Source: Candidatus Palauibacter poriticola
GTDB lineage: Bacteria > Gemmatimonadota > Gemmatimonadetes > Palauibacterales > Palauibacteraceae
DNA: 64,000 nt
Assembly (NCBI GenBank): GCA_012270965.1
Contig: JAAXHJ010000044.1
Coordinates: 18,311 to 82,310, forward strand
Direction of reading: 5' to 3'
Under the pieces are notes generated by a model, which worked only from the letters and a program-made list of their open reading frames with translations, ran no database searches and was not told the origin of the DNA. Shown here piece by piece: positions 52,673-62,392 of this stretch (position 1 is the stretch's first letter; every line of letters begins with the position of its first letter). The translations under genes and the position numbers were made by a program.

Positions 52673-53899
52673 ATGACACTGTATGAGGAGCGGGATGTGA
52701 TGACGTCGAATGTGAACCGGGGCCTCGAGCGCCGCCTCGCCTCCGAACTCGGGGAGATGAGGGAGAACGGGGTTCACAAGGAACTGCTGCACATCATGGG
52801 GCGGCAGGCTCCCGTCGTGGACATCGATGGTCTCGGCGAGACCATCAACATGTGCTCGAACAACTACCTGGGCCTGTGCGACGAACCCTCCGTGACGCGG
52901 GCGGTGAAGGATGGCGTGGACAGGTACGGGGCGGGGACGTCCTCGGTGCGCTTCATCTGCGGGACGTTCGACATTCACCGCGAACTCGAGGCGAAGATCG
53001 CGGACTTCCTCGAGACGCCGGCCTCCCTCACCTACACCTCCGCGTGGAACGCGAACGAGGGCCTCTTCGCGCCGCTCTTGCGCGCGGACGACGCACTGAT
53101 CTCGGACCGGCTCAACCACGCCTGCATCATCGACGGGATCCGCCTCTGCAAGGCGCGCCGCTTCATCTACGACCACATGGACATGAACTCGCTGCGCGAC
53201 GCGCTCGAGGCAAGCCGCGACGCGCGCCACCGGCTCGTCATCACCGACGGCATCTTCTCGATGGAAGGGGAGATCGCGCCGCTACCGGAGATCCGCGAGC
53301 TGTGCGACCGCTACGACGCGATCATGGCCGTGGACGACTCGCATGCGACGGGGGTTCTGGGCGACACGGGACGGGGGACGCCCGAGCACTTCGGGATGCA
53401 CGGCGAGGTCGACATCGTCACGTCGACGCTCGGCAAGGCGCTCGGGGGCATGGCCGGCGGCTTCACGGCGAGTTCCGAAGCCGTCATCGACTATCTCGTT
53501 CAGGCGTCGCGCACCCAACTGTTCACCAACGCCCTGCCCTGCCATTCGGCGGCCGGCGCCATGGCCGCGATCGAACACCTGGAGGCGCACCCGGAACTCG
53601 TGGCCCGGCTGCGCGACAACACGGAGTACTACCGCGAAGGGTTGATCGAACTCGGCTACAAGCCGATTCCCGGCGGTACGCCCATCGTCCCCGTGATCGT
53701 CGGAAGGACGGCGGATGCGATACGACTCAGCCGCGAGCTGCTGCGCGAGGGCGTCTTCGTCATCGGTTTCGGGTATCCCGTGGTTCCCCGCGGCGAGGCC
53801 CGCATCCGCTGTCAGCTTTCCGCCGCGCACGAGCGCGAACACATCGACGCCGCCCTCGCCGCCCTGAAGAAGGTCGGCCGGCGGCTCCACCTGATCTGA
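52673..53899 (+). CDS. kbl: 2-amino-3-ketobutyrate CoA ligase (glycine C-acetyltransferase).
   Basis: CSNNYLGL, DDSHATG and TLGKALGG (PLP lysine) motifs. Confidence 0.9.
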   Translation: MTLYEERDVMTSNVNRGLERRLASELGEMRENGVHKELLHIMGRQAPVVDIDGLGETINMCSNNYLGLCDEPSVTRAVKDGVDRYGAGTSSVRFICGTFDIHRELEAKIADFLETPASLTYTSAWNANEGLFAPLLRADDALISDRLNHACIIDGIRLCKARRFIYDHMDMNSLRDALEASRDARHRLVITDGIFSMEGEIAPLPEIRELCDRYDAIMAVDDSHATGVLGDTGRGTPEHFGMHGEVDIVTSTLGKALGGMAGGFTASSEAVIDYLVQASRTQLFTNALPCHSAAGAMAAIEHLEAHPELVARLRDNTEYYREGLIELGYKPIPGGTPIVPVIVGRTADAIRLSRELLREGVFVIGFGYPVVPRGEARIRCQLSAAHEREHIDAALAALKKVGRRLHLI

Positions 53900-53947
53900 A
53901 GCCCTGACCGCCCTGCTGGACGCCACCGAGACTGAGAGCCTGGGATC

Positions 53948-54652
53948 GTGACTGAGCGCGGACTGAATCGGGAGATGCCCGGGGGGATGGTCATCGCGCC
54001 GTCCATCCTCGCCGCCGACTACGCGCGGCTGGGGGCGGAGGTGGCCGAGGCGGAGGCCGCGGGGGCGGAGTGGTTCCAGCTCGACGTCATGGACGGGCAC
54101 TTCGTCCCCAACCTCACGATCGGGCTGCCTGTGCTCGCATCGTTGCGCGCCGTCTCCGACTCCTTCCTCGACGTGCATCTGATGATCGACAACCCCGGCG
54201 AGTTCCTCGAGCCCTTCGCGGAGGCGGGGGCCGACATGCTCACGCTTCACCAGGAGGTGTCGGTTCACCTGCACGGGAACCTTCACCGGATCCGGGAGCT
54301 GGGCTGCTACGCCGGCGTCGCGCTCAACCCGGCCACGCCCGTGGAGACGCTGGCGGAAGTCCTGGGTGTCGTGGACCTCGTCCTCGTGATGACGGTGAAC
54401 CCGGGGTTCGGGGGACAGAAGTTCATCGCCGAGGCGGTGCCGAAGATCTCCGCCGTGCTGCGGATGGCGGCGGATCGCGGGCTGGCGCCGCCGGTCATTC
54501 AGGTGGACGGAGGGATCGATCCGACCTCCGCCCCCGTGTGCGCCCAAGCGGGGGCGTCGGTGTTCGTGGCCGGTTCCTCGGTCTTTCGGTGGGCGCCCGG
54601 CATCGCCGCGAACATGGCGGCGCTGCGCGACGCGCTCGCGCCCTGCGGCTGA
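53948..54652 (+). CDS. rpe: Ribulose-phosphate 3-epimerase.
   Basis: APSILAADYARLG, LDVMDGHFVPN, VMTVNPGFGGQ. Confidence 0.9.
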   Translation: MTERGLNREMPGGMVIAPSILAADYARLGAEVAEAEAAGAEWFQLDVMDGHFVPNLTIGLPVLASLRAVSDSFLDVHLMIDNPGEFLEPFAEAGADMLTLHQEVSVHLHGNLHRIRELGCYAGVALNPATPVETLAEVLGVVDLVLVMTVNPGFGGQKFIAEAVPKISAVLRMAADRGLAPPVIQVDGGIDPTSAPVCAQAGASVFVAGSSVFRWAPGIAANMAALRDALAPCG

Positions 54653-54666
54653 GGACGGATGACGGG

Positions 54667-55941
54667 ATGAACCGCGACCTTTCCCGCGACGAACTCGTCC
54701 GCTACGCGCGTCACGTAAGCATCCCCGAGGTAGGGCTGGCGGGGCAGCGGCTCCTGCGGGCCTCGAGCGTGCTCATCGTGGGCGCGGGCGGGCTGGGATC
54801 CCCGGCCGCCCTCTACTTGGCCGCCGCGGGCGTGGGACGGCTCGGACTCGTGGACCACGACCGCGTGGAACTCTCCAACCTGCAGCGGCAGGTGCTCTAC
54901 GATACGGACTCGGTCGGGACGCCGAAGCTCGCCTCCGCCCGGGCCCGGCTCAGGGGCCTCAACCCGGACGTCGCCGTCGAGACCTTCGAGACGCGCCTGG
55001 ATTCCGGGAATGCGCTCGACATTCTCGACGGATGGGACTTCGTCATCGACGGGAGCGACAATTTCCCGACCCGATATCTCGTGAACGACGCCTGCGTGAT
55101 GCTGGGAACGCCCTTCGCCTATGGCGCCATCCTCCGCTTCGAGGGACAGGCATCCGTGTTCTCCGCGCCGGATGGCCCCTGCTATCGCTGCCTCTTTCGG
55201 GATCCACCGCCCCGGGATCTCGTGCCCAACTGCGCGGAAGCGGGGGTTCTTGGCGTCCTGCCCGGCATCGTGGGATCGATTCAGGCGAACGAGGCGATCA
55301 AGTGGCTGGCGGGGATCGGCGCGACCCTCGCGGGACGCCTCGTGCTCATCGACGCGCTGCGCATGGAGTTTCGCTCGCTGGACATCGCCCCGGATCCCGA
55401 GTGCGTGGTCTGCGGCCCCGAGCCGAGCGTGACGGGACTCATCGACTACGAGCGCTTCTGCGGGGAGACCGGCGGCGGGGCGAGGAGCGCCGGGGCGGCG
55501 GTCGGCGGCGGCGCGGCGAGCGGCGGCGGCGTGGCGAGCGGCCCCGCGGACGCGGACGGCGCGGTGGACGGGGACGGGATGGCGGACGGTCCCGCGGCAA
55601 CGGAGGATCCTGTGCACGGCCTCGACATCGACGTACACGAACTGAAGCGCCGGATCGACGCCGGCGAGAGCTTCCAGCTCATCGACGTACGCGAAGACTA
55701 CGAGTGGGCGATCTGCAACCTCGAAGAGGCGGGGGCACGGCTCGTGCCGCTCGCCACGCTACCCCAGGCCGTGGAGGGCCTGGACACATCGGAACCCCTC
55801 ATCGTCCACTGTCGTTCGGGCCCCCGCGGCGACCGCGCCGTGGAGTACCTGCGCGCGGCCGGGTTCGACAACGCCGTGAACCTTGCGGGAGGGATCCTCG
55901 CGTGGGCGGAGCAGATCGATCCGGCGATGCCGCGCTACTGA
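54667..55941 (+). CDS. MoeB/ThiF-type adenylyltransferase with a C-terminal rhodanese domain (MoeZ-like). It has a Gly/Ala-rich internal linker.
   Basis: VLIVGAGGLGSPAALYLAAAGVG, CxxC pair. C-terminal rhodanese with catalytic CRSG. Confidence 0.8.
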   Translation: MNRDLSRDELVRYARHVSIPEVGLAGQRLLRASSVLIVGAGGLGSPAALYLAAAGVGRLGLVDHDRVELSNLQRQVLYDTDSVGTPKLASARARLRGLNPDVAVETFETRLDSGNALDILDGWDFVIDGSDNFPTRYLVNDACVMLGTPFAYGAILRFEGQASVFSAPDGPCYRCLFRDPPPRDLVPNCAEAGVLGVLPGIVGSIQANEAIKWLAGIGATLAGRLVLIDALRMEFRSLDIAPDPECVVCGPEPSVTGLIDYERFCGETGGGARSAGAAVGGGAASGGGVASGPADADGAVDGDGMADGPAATEDPVHGLDIDVHELKRRIDAGESFQLIDVREDYEWAICNLEEAGARLVPLATLPQAVEGLDTSEPLIVHCRSGPRGDRAVEYLRAAGFDNAVNLAGGILAWAEQIDPAMPRY

Positions 55942-56032
55942 TGGCGACCCAACGGCCCGTGGCGAAGCCCCGCCGCGTTCGGGCGGCGCACGCCCATGCA
56001 ACGACTCGTCGAGCTAAGGGCCACCAACGTTC

Positions 56033-56986
56033 TTGGCATCTACGGCCAGACCCGTGACGCCGGCCGCTCCCCGCATCGTCTCGCTCCTTGCGTCGGGCAC
56101 GGAGATCGTCGACGCGCTCGGCCTTGGCGAGTGTCTCGTTGGCATCTCGCACGAGTGCGATCATCCGCCGCACCTGCTCGAGCGTCCCCGCGCCAGCCGC
56201 CCCCGCTTCGACCCGGCGGGCCTCTCGAGCGGGGAGATCGACGCCGCCGTGCGGCAGGCCATGATCGACCATGGCAGCGTGTACGAGATTGACGAGTCCG
56301 TCCTCGAGGGGCTCGATCCGGACATCATCATCACGCAGGCCGTGTGCGAGGTGTGCGCCGTGCCGACCGGCGGAGTGCGTGAGGTGCTCGGCGGGCGCGG
56401 GATCGATGCCGAGGTCGTGTCGCTCGACGCTCACACGATTAAGGACATCCTCGCCTCGATCACGCAGGTGGCGCGGGCCGTCGGCCAGCCGGACATCGCG
56501 CGAGACGCCGAGGCAGCGCTCCGCAGCCGACTCGACGCGGTGCGGGCGGCCGTACGCGACGCCACCCCTCGGCGAGTGCTCGGCATCGAGTGGTTCGATC
56601 CGCCATTCACACCGGGCCACTGGGTGCCCGAGATGATCGAACTCGCCGGCGGCCGGAACCTGGCGGGCGAAGCGGGGCGGCCTTCGCGCCAGGTGTCGTG
56701 GGAGGAGATGGGAGATCTCGATCCGGACGCGCTCCTCCTCATGCCCTGCGGCTACGGTCTGGAGGCGGCGCGGACGGACGCCGACGCCCATGCGCGGCAA
56801 CTGGAACGCGTCGCACCGCGGGCGGTCGCGTCGGGGCGGGCCTGGGCCGTCGACGCCTCCTCCTACTTCAACCGCTCGGGTCCCCGCTTCGTCACCGGCG
56901 TCGAGATCCTGGGCGGGCTGCTCCATCCGGACCGCCTCCCAGCCCCCGGCCCCTCCGTCGCCGCCGAATGGACACCCCCGACCTGA
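56033..56986 (+). CDS. Periplasmic-binding-protein-fold protein (BtuF / Fe3+-siderophore class) with no signal peptide.
   Basis: RIVSLLASGTEIVDALGLGECLVGISHECDHP shows the class III PBP architecture. No hydrophobic N-terminus. Confidence 0.55.
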   Translation: MASTARPVTPAAPRIVSLLASGTEIVDALGLGECLVGISHECDHPPHLLERPRASRPRFDPAGLSSGEIDAAVRQAMIDHGSVYEIDESVLEGLDPDIIITQAVCEVCAVPTGGVREVLGGRGIDAEVVSLDAHTIKDILASITQVARAVGQPDIARDAEAALRSRLDAVRAAVRDATPRRVLGIEWFDPPFTPGHWVPEMIELAGGRNLAGEAGRPSRQVSWEEMGDLDPDALLLMPCGYGLEAARTDADAHARQLERVAPRAVASGRAWAVDASSYFNRSGPRFVTGVEILGGLLHPDRLPAPGPSVAAEWTPPT

Positions 56987-57212
56987 CGGAGCCCGCTCAG
57001 CTCCAGCGGGGATCATGACGAATCCCGCCGTCCCGAAGCACCGATCCAGCCTCAGCGCTTCACGGAGATGACAACCACGAGTTGATCTCGGCGTCGGCGA
57101 GGAATTCATCGTGGGTGCGCGCGACATCCGGGTTCGGTTCGCCTTCGCGCGGCGGCGCCCCACAGTTCGGGGATGCGAACGACCCTGAACGCCGGCCTCT
57201 GCGGGGGGGGGC

Positions 57213-58823
57213 TTAGTCGAAGTGGATCTGGCGGACTTCGTCGATCCCGTCGAGTTCGTTGAGGCCGCGCAGCACTTCGGCGGGAACCTCGCCATCGATC
57301 CGCACCACGCCGAGGGAACGGCCCCCTCCACGGCGGCGCGCCAAGTGGTATTCGGCGATGTTCGCGTTCGCCTCGCCGAGCACGGTGCCCACGGCGCCGA
57401 TCACGCCCGGCCGGTCGCGATTGTGGATGAAGAGGCAGGTGCCGAGCGGCTGCGTGTCGACGCGAAACCTCCCCACGCGCACGATTCGCGGCTCCATCCG
57501 CGCACCCATCAGCGCGCCGCCCACCACCTCCGTCTCCCGCCGGCCGTACCGCACGCCCAGTTCGACGTAGTTCGTGTAGTCCCCGACGGCTTGCGTGCGG
57601 ACGCGCACGATCTCCAGACCGCGCTCGGCCGCGATCGACAGCGCGTTCACCACGTTGAGCGGCGGGTCGACCCGGCGCTCGAGAAACCCCACCGCCACGC
57701 TCGCGGCGAGGGGTCCGAGGACGCCATCCCGCGGCCCCCCGTAGCGGACCTCGATCCGGCGCGGAGCCGCGTCGTCCAGTCCGGCCAGCAGCCGGCCCAA
57801 ACAGCGGCCGAGGTACATGATGGGCCCAGCCCCGTCGCGATCTTCGGCCTCGAACGGGGCGTTGAGCGCAGCGCTGAAATCGTCCTCGATCAGCGCGTTG
57901 CGCACGGAGATGGCAATCTGCTGGGACACCTGCCGCTGGGCCTCGAAGGTCGAGGCCCCGAGGTGGGGGCTGAATACGAGCTGCGGCGCCTCACGCAGCG
58001 GACTGTCGGCGGGGAGCGGCTCCGTCGCGAACACATCGAGCCCGGCCGCGCCCAGATGGCCGCTCCGCAGCGCGTCGGCCAGCGCGACCTCGTCGATGAG
58101 CCCGCCGCGCGCCGCGTTGATCAGGATCGCACCCGGCTGCATGGCCGCGATCTCCCGGCGGCCGATGAACCCGCGGTTGTCGGCGGAGAGCGGGACGTGG
58201 AGCGTAAGCGCGTGGCAGGCAGGCAGAAGTTCGTCGAGATCCGTGAGCTCGACCCCCAGGTCGCTCGCCCGCTCGGCGCTCACGAACGGATCGTGGGCGA
58301 TCACGCGCATCCCGAAGGCCCGCGCGCGCCAGACCACCTCCGCCCCGATCCGGCCGAGCCCGACCACCCCCAGCGTCTTGCCGCTGAGCTGGATGCCCCG
58401 CAGCTCCTTGCGCCGCCACTCTCCCGCGCGGATGCTCGCATCCGCCTCCGGCAGCCGACGGGCCGCCGCGAGGAGCAGCGCGAACGCCAACTCGGCGGTC
58501 GACTGCGTATTCGCGGCCGGGGCGTTCAGAACCGCGATCCCGCGGCGGGTTGCGGCGGGGATGTCGATGTTGTCCACGCCGACGCCCGCGCGGCCGATGA
58601 CCCGCAGCGAGTCACCCGCTTCGATGATTTCCGCATCCACCTTCGTGCGGCTGCGCACGATCAGCGCCGCCGCGCCCGGCAGCGCGCGCAGGAGCCCCTC
58701 GCGGTCCCCTTCGCTGTGGTCTTCGACGGCGATCCCCGGCGCGGCGCGCAACGTCTCGATCCCCTCCGGGAGAAGAGGGTCGGCAATCAGAAGACGCTGG
58801 ACGTCCCCGGCCGAATCGCTCAA
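57213..58823 (-). CDS. serA: D-3-phosphoglycerate dehydrogenase (with C-terminal ASB/ACT domains).
   Basis: VVGLGRIGAEV and the NAD-binding Rossmann fold. Catalytic His region. C-terminal regulatory domain. Confidence 0.9.
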   Translation of the reverse strand: MSDSAGDVQRLLIADPLLPEGIETLRAAPGIAVEDHSEGDREGLLRALPGAAALIVRSRTKVDAEIIEAGDSLRVIGRAGVGVDNIDIPAATRRGIAVLNAPAANTQSTAELAFALLLAAARRLPEADASIRAGEWRRKELRGIQLSGKTLGVVGLGRIGAEVVWRARAFGMRVIAHDPFVSAERASDLGVELTDLDELLPACHALTLHVPLSADNRGFIGRREIAAMQPGAILINAARGGLIDEVALADALRSGHLGAAGLDVFATEPLPADSPLREAPQLVFSPHLGASTFEAQRQVSQQIAISVRNALIEDDFSAALNAPFEAEDRDGAGPIMYLGRCLGRLLAGLDDAAPRRIEVRYGGPRDGVLGPLAASVAVGFLERRVDPPLNVVNALSIAAERGLEIVRVRTQAVGDYTNYVELGVRYGRRETEVVGGALMGARMEPRIVRVGRFRVDTQPLGTCLFIHNRDRPGVIGAVGTVLGEANANIAEYHLARRRGGGRSLGVVRIDGEVPAEVLRGLNELDGIDEVRQIHFD

Positions 58824-58858
58824 GGCGTCTCGCTCACGGTAAGTGGCTCCCCTTCAGA

Positions 58859-59971
58859 TCACAGAACCTCGTCGAGGACGACCAGGAGCGCCTCCAACTC
58901 GCCGAGCGTGTGCTCGCCCATGTGTCCGATCCGGAACGACGGCTTGTTCAGGGGCCCGTAACCCGCCGCCACCGTGTATCCGCGCGCCAGCGCGCGGGAG
59001 ACGACCTCCGGCCCCGTCAGATCGTCCGGAACCATGATGGCCGTTACGCAGGGCGAACGGTAGCCTTCCGGCGCGAGCACGCGCCACGGCCTACCCGTTC
59101 GCGCGGCCGTATGGTCCACCCATTCGTACGTTCGGCGGGCCATGGCATCGTGACGCCCCCAGCGCGCCTCCAGCCCCTCCTCCATCATCCGGTCCAGCTG
59201 CCGCTCGAGAGCGAAGAGGAGTGAGACCGCCGGAGTATTCGGCGTCTGCCAGCGTTCCAGGTTCTTCTCGAACTTGAGGATGTCGAAGTAGAAGCCGCGA
59301 TGCTCGACCTCCGCCGCGCGGGCGAGCGCCCTCTCGGACGCGACGGCCAGCGCGAGGCCCGGCGGAAGCGCCACCGCCTTCTGCGATCCCGTGAGAACGA
59401 AGTCCAGTCCCCACTCGTCGGTCTTCACCGGCGCCCCGGCCAGGGACGAGACTGTATCGACGGCGATCAGCACGTCGTCGAACTCGTGGACGACGGCGGC
59501 GAGTTCCTCCAGCGGATTGAGGACCCCGGTCGAACTCTCCGAGTGGACGACGGTGACGAGGTCGTACCGGCCGGGCGCCGCCGCGAGCGCGTCGCGCAGC
59601 CGCTCCGGCAGGTTCGGCTCGCCCCACTCCGCCTCGAGCGCGTCCGCGGGGCGCCCCGTCGCCTTGGCGATCGCGTGGAACCGTTTGCTGAACGACCCGT
59701 TCGTGAGACAGAGGACGCGGCGGCGCGTGAGGTTCGTGATCGCGGCTTCCATCATGCCGGTGGCGGACGACGTCGACAGATACACGGGCCGCGACGTCCG
59801 GAAGAGGCGCGACGCGGACGGCTGCATCGCCTCGATCAGGCCCGAGACCTCGGCGCTCCGGTGCCCGACGACGGGTCGGCGCATCGCGTCGAACAGATCC
59901 GGAGGGACTTCGGTCGGGCCGGGCAGAAAGAAGCGGCCGAACGAGATTGGAGGCGAGATTGGCGGGTTCAT
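58859..59971 (-). CDS. Class-V aminotransferase (phosphoserine or serine-glyoxylate aminotransferase type).
   Basis: AGT-like fold. TGSQKAVALPPGLALA (PLP Lys region). Adjacent to serA. Confidence 0.75.
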   Translation of the reverse strand: MNPPISPPISFGRFFLPGPTEVPPDLFDAMRRPVVGHRSAEVSGLIEAMQPSASRLFRTSRPVYLSTSSATGMMEAAITNLTRRRVLCLTNGSFSKRFHAIAKATGRPADALEAEWGEPNLPERLRDALAAAPGRYDLVTVVHSESSTGVLNPLEELAAVVHEFDDVLIAVDTVSSLAGAPVKTDEWGLDFVLTGSQKAVALPPGLALAVASERALARAAEVEHRGFYFDILKFEKNLERWQTPNTPAVSLLFALERQLDRMMEEGLEARWGRHDAMARRTYEWVDHTAARTGRPWRVLAPEGYRSPCVTAIMVPDDLTGPEVVSRALARGYTVAAGYGPLNKPSFRIGHMGEHTLGELEALLVVLDEVL

Positions 59972-60093
59972 GGCGGGAGATGGTATCGCCCCCGGACGCC
60001 TGTGGCCAATCGTTCGCTGGAGGGACTCGCACCGTCCGGTTGACGCGCCGCCGGGGCGGCGGGATCTTGCGGCCCGACCAAGGGGTTCGCCAC

Positions 60094-60357
60094 ATGCGAT
60101 ACGTCACGATCACCGACCTGTCTCCGGAAGATGTCCTCGGCCGCGCGAAGGCGTTCTTCGGCCGGCATTCGAGACTCGCCGTGCGCGAGGAGACGGAGAC
60201 GTCGGTCACCTTCGCCGGAGAGATCGGCCTCGCCCGCTTCGCCGTCGACCGGGCGGGCGGCCACACGAACGTCCGCGTGGAGACGGATCGCGTCGTGGGC
60301 CTCGACGTGACCGACCTCGCGAAGCGCTTCCTCTACACCCTTCGCAACGTCCACTGA
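60094..60357 (+). CDS. Hypothetical small protein (87 aa).
   Basis: ORF only (MRYVTITDLSPEDVLGRAKAFF...). Confidence 0.3.
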   Translation: MRYVTITDLSPEDVLGRAKAFFGRHSRLAVREETETSVTFAGEIGLARFAVDRAGGHTNVRVETDRVVGLDVTDLAKRFLYTLRNVH

Positions 60358-60413
60358 GAGTGACCGCCCAATCCGGCGCTGAAGCCGGCGCCGAAGCCCT
60401 CACCGGGAGCCGC

Positions 60414-60689
60414 ATGAACGCCATCACGGTTCGCCTCATCATGCCCGACCGCTGGCTCGAGCACGTCGCCGAACTGCCGGCCGGCACGACCGTCGCCGAC
60501 GCGAAGGCCTTCGGCATCCGCGCGATGCTCCAGCGTTCCTCCGACGACCCCGGCGACTTCTACACGGAGTTCGCCGAGCGCCGCATCCGCGATGAGACGC
60601 GCACCCTTGCCGACGTGGGGATCGAGTCGCGCGGCGTCCTCTCGATTCGGGCCTACGACCTCGGCCACTACCCACCCTTCCGAGGGTGA
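60414..60689 (+). CDS. Hypothetical small protein (91 aa).
   Basis: ORF only (MNAITVRLIMPDRWLEHVAELPAG...). Confidence 0.3.
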   Translation: MNAITVRLIMPDRWLEHVAELPAGTTVADAKAFGIRAMLQRSSDDPGDFYTEFAERRIRDETRTLADVGIESRGVLSIRAYDLGHYPPFRG

Positions 60690-60711
60690 CCGGGAGTGTC
60701 GGGACACGAGG

Positions 60712-62016
60712 CTAGCGGTTGAAGTAGCTCCGCGTCTCCCGCCACACGACGCCCGACAGCAGGAGGAGTCCCACCAGGTTCGGTGCCGCCATGAGGCCGT
60801 TGAGGATGTCGGAGATCAGCCACACGACATCGAGTTCCACGACCGCGGCGAGCCCGATCACGAACACGAACCCGAGCCGGTACGGACGGATCACGCGTTC
60901 GCCGAAGAGGTAGGCGAAGCTGCGTTCTCCGTAGTAGGACCACCCGAGCATTGTGCTGAAGGCGAAGGTTGCGAGGCCGAGCGCGACGACGATGTCCCCC
61001 GCGCCCGCGACGAGGCTCGTGTCGAAAGCCAGTTGCGTCATGTTCGCGCCCTCGGCGCCCGACTGCCACGCGCCCGTCGTGAGGATCGCGAGTCCCGTGA
61101 AGGTGCAGACGACGATGGTGTCGATGAACGTCTGCGTCATCGAGACGAGGGCCTGCCGCACCGGCTCGCGCGTCTGCGCCGCCGCGGCGGCGATCGCCCC
61201 CGTGCCCAGTCCCGATTCGTTTGAGAAGATCCCGCGCGCGACGCCGAAGCGCATCGCTTGGAGGACGGTGTAGCCGAGGGCCCCGCCAGCCGCCGCACGC
61301 CCTCCGAACGCGTGCTCGAACACGAGCCGGAGAGCCGCGGGGATCTCCGCTGCGTTGGAAATGAGGACGACGCCGGCGACCCCCATGTAGAGGACGATCA
61401 TCGCGGGCACGATGACGCTCGCCACGCGCGCGATGGAGCGGATGCCTCCGATGATGACAAGCCCGACGGCACCCGCCGCGGCGAGTCCGGTGATCCAGTG
61501 CGGCACGTGAAACGATTCGTGCATCGCGTCCGCCACCGCCTGCGACTGGACGCCGTTGCCGATGCCGAACGCGGCGAGCGTCGCGAAGAGCGCGAAGGCG
61601 ATCGCCAGACCGCGGCCGAACGCGCCCCGGCCGAGGCCGTGCTCGAGGTAGTACATGGGACCGCCCGCCTTTTCCCCCCGGGCGTCGGTCTCCCGGTAGC
61701 GGACGCCGAGCACCGCCTCCGCATACTTCGTCGCCATCCCGAGGAGTCCCGTCACCCACATCCAGAAGAGCGCCCCCGGCCCACCGGCGCCGATCGCCGT
61801 CGCAACGCCCACGATGTTCCCGGTGCCGACCGTTGCGGCCAGCGCCGTCATGAGCGCCTGGAAGTGCGAGATGTCGCCCTCGCCCTCCGGTTCGCGGCGC
61901 TTGACGAACGCGAGCCGGAGCGCGTGCCACAGGCGGCGGAACTGGAGGCCCCGCAGCAGCAGCGTGTAGACGAGGCCCGTGGTGAGGAGGAGGATGATGA
62001 GAGGGACGCCCCACAC
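60712..62016 (-). CDS. agcS: Alanine/glycine:cation symporter (AGCS family).
   Basis: [12 protein letters not shown] plus multi-TM. Typical AGCS N-terminal region. Confidence 0.85.
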   Translation of the reverse strand: MWGVPLIILLLTTGLVYTLLLRGLQFRRLWHALRLAFVKRREPEGEGDISHFQALMTALAATVGTGNIVGVATAIGAGGPGALFWMWVTGLLGMATKYAEAVLGVRYRETDARGEKAGGPMYYLEHGLGRGAFGRGLAIAFALFATLAAFGIGNGVQSQAVADAMHESFHVPHWITGLAAAGAVGLVIIGGIRSIARVASVIVPAMIVLYMGVAGVVLISNAAEIPAALRLVFEHAFGGRAAAGGALGYTVLQAMRFGVARGIFSNESGLGTGAIAAAAAQTREPVRQALVSMTQTFIDTIVVCTFTGLAILTTGAWQSGAEGANMTQLAFDTSLVAGAGDIVVALGLATFAFSTMLGWSYYGERSFAYLFGERVIRPYRLGFVFVIGLAAVVELDVVWLISDILNGLMAAPNLVGLLLLSGVVWRETRSYFNR

Positions 62017-62392
62017 CCAGGTCTGAATCGCCTCCAGCAGTCCGTGGAAAGACCCCGCGTCAGCGCCGTGAGCCGTGAAGTGCTCGCCCGGGGTCTTGCC
62101 GCGGGCTGCCAGGGTTCCGACTGCGGAGATGGCTGTTCACCTCGTACTGGACGTCAGCGGGGGAGAGCGACGCCGGACCGCCGCGGCGAGCGGGCCGTGA
62201 TGGTGGGCGCGCCGTCGAGCCGGTCGTGACGTTAGGCGCGCCGTCGAGCCGCCGTCAACGAGACGGGACCGGCAACGAGACGGGACCGGCGTGGGGACCT
62301 CCGCGGGCGGGCACACTTTGGCGCGAGGGACGGCCCGCGTACCTTCCCCACGATGCGGGCGACGGCCCGCGCACGACCCCCTGTCCACTTCG

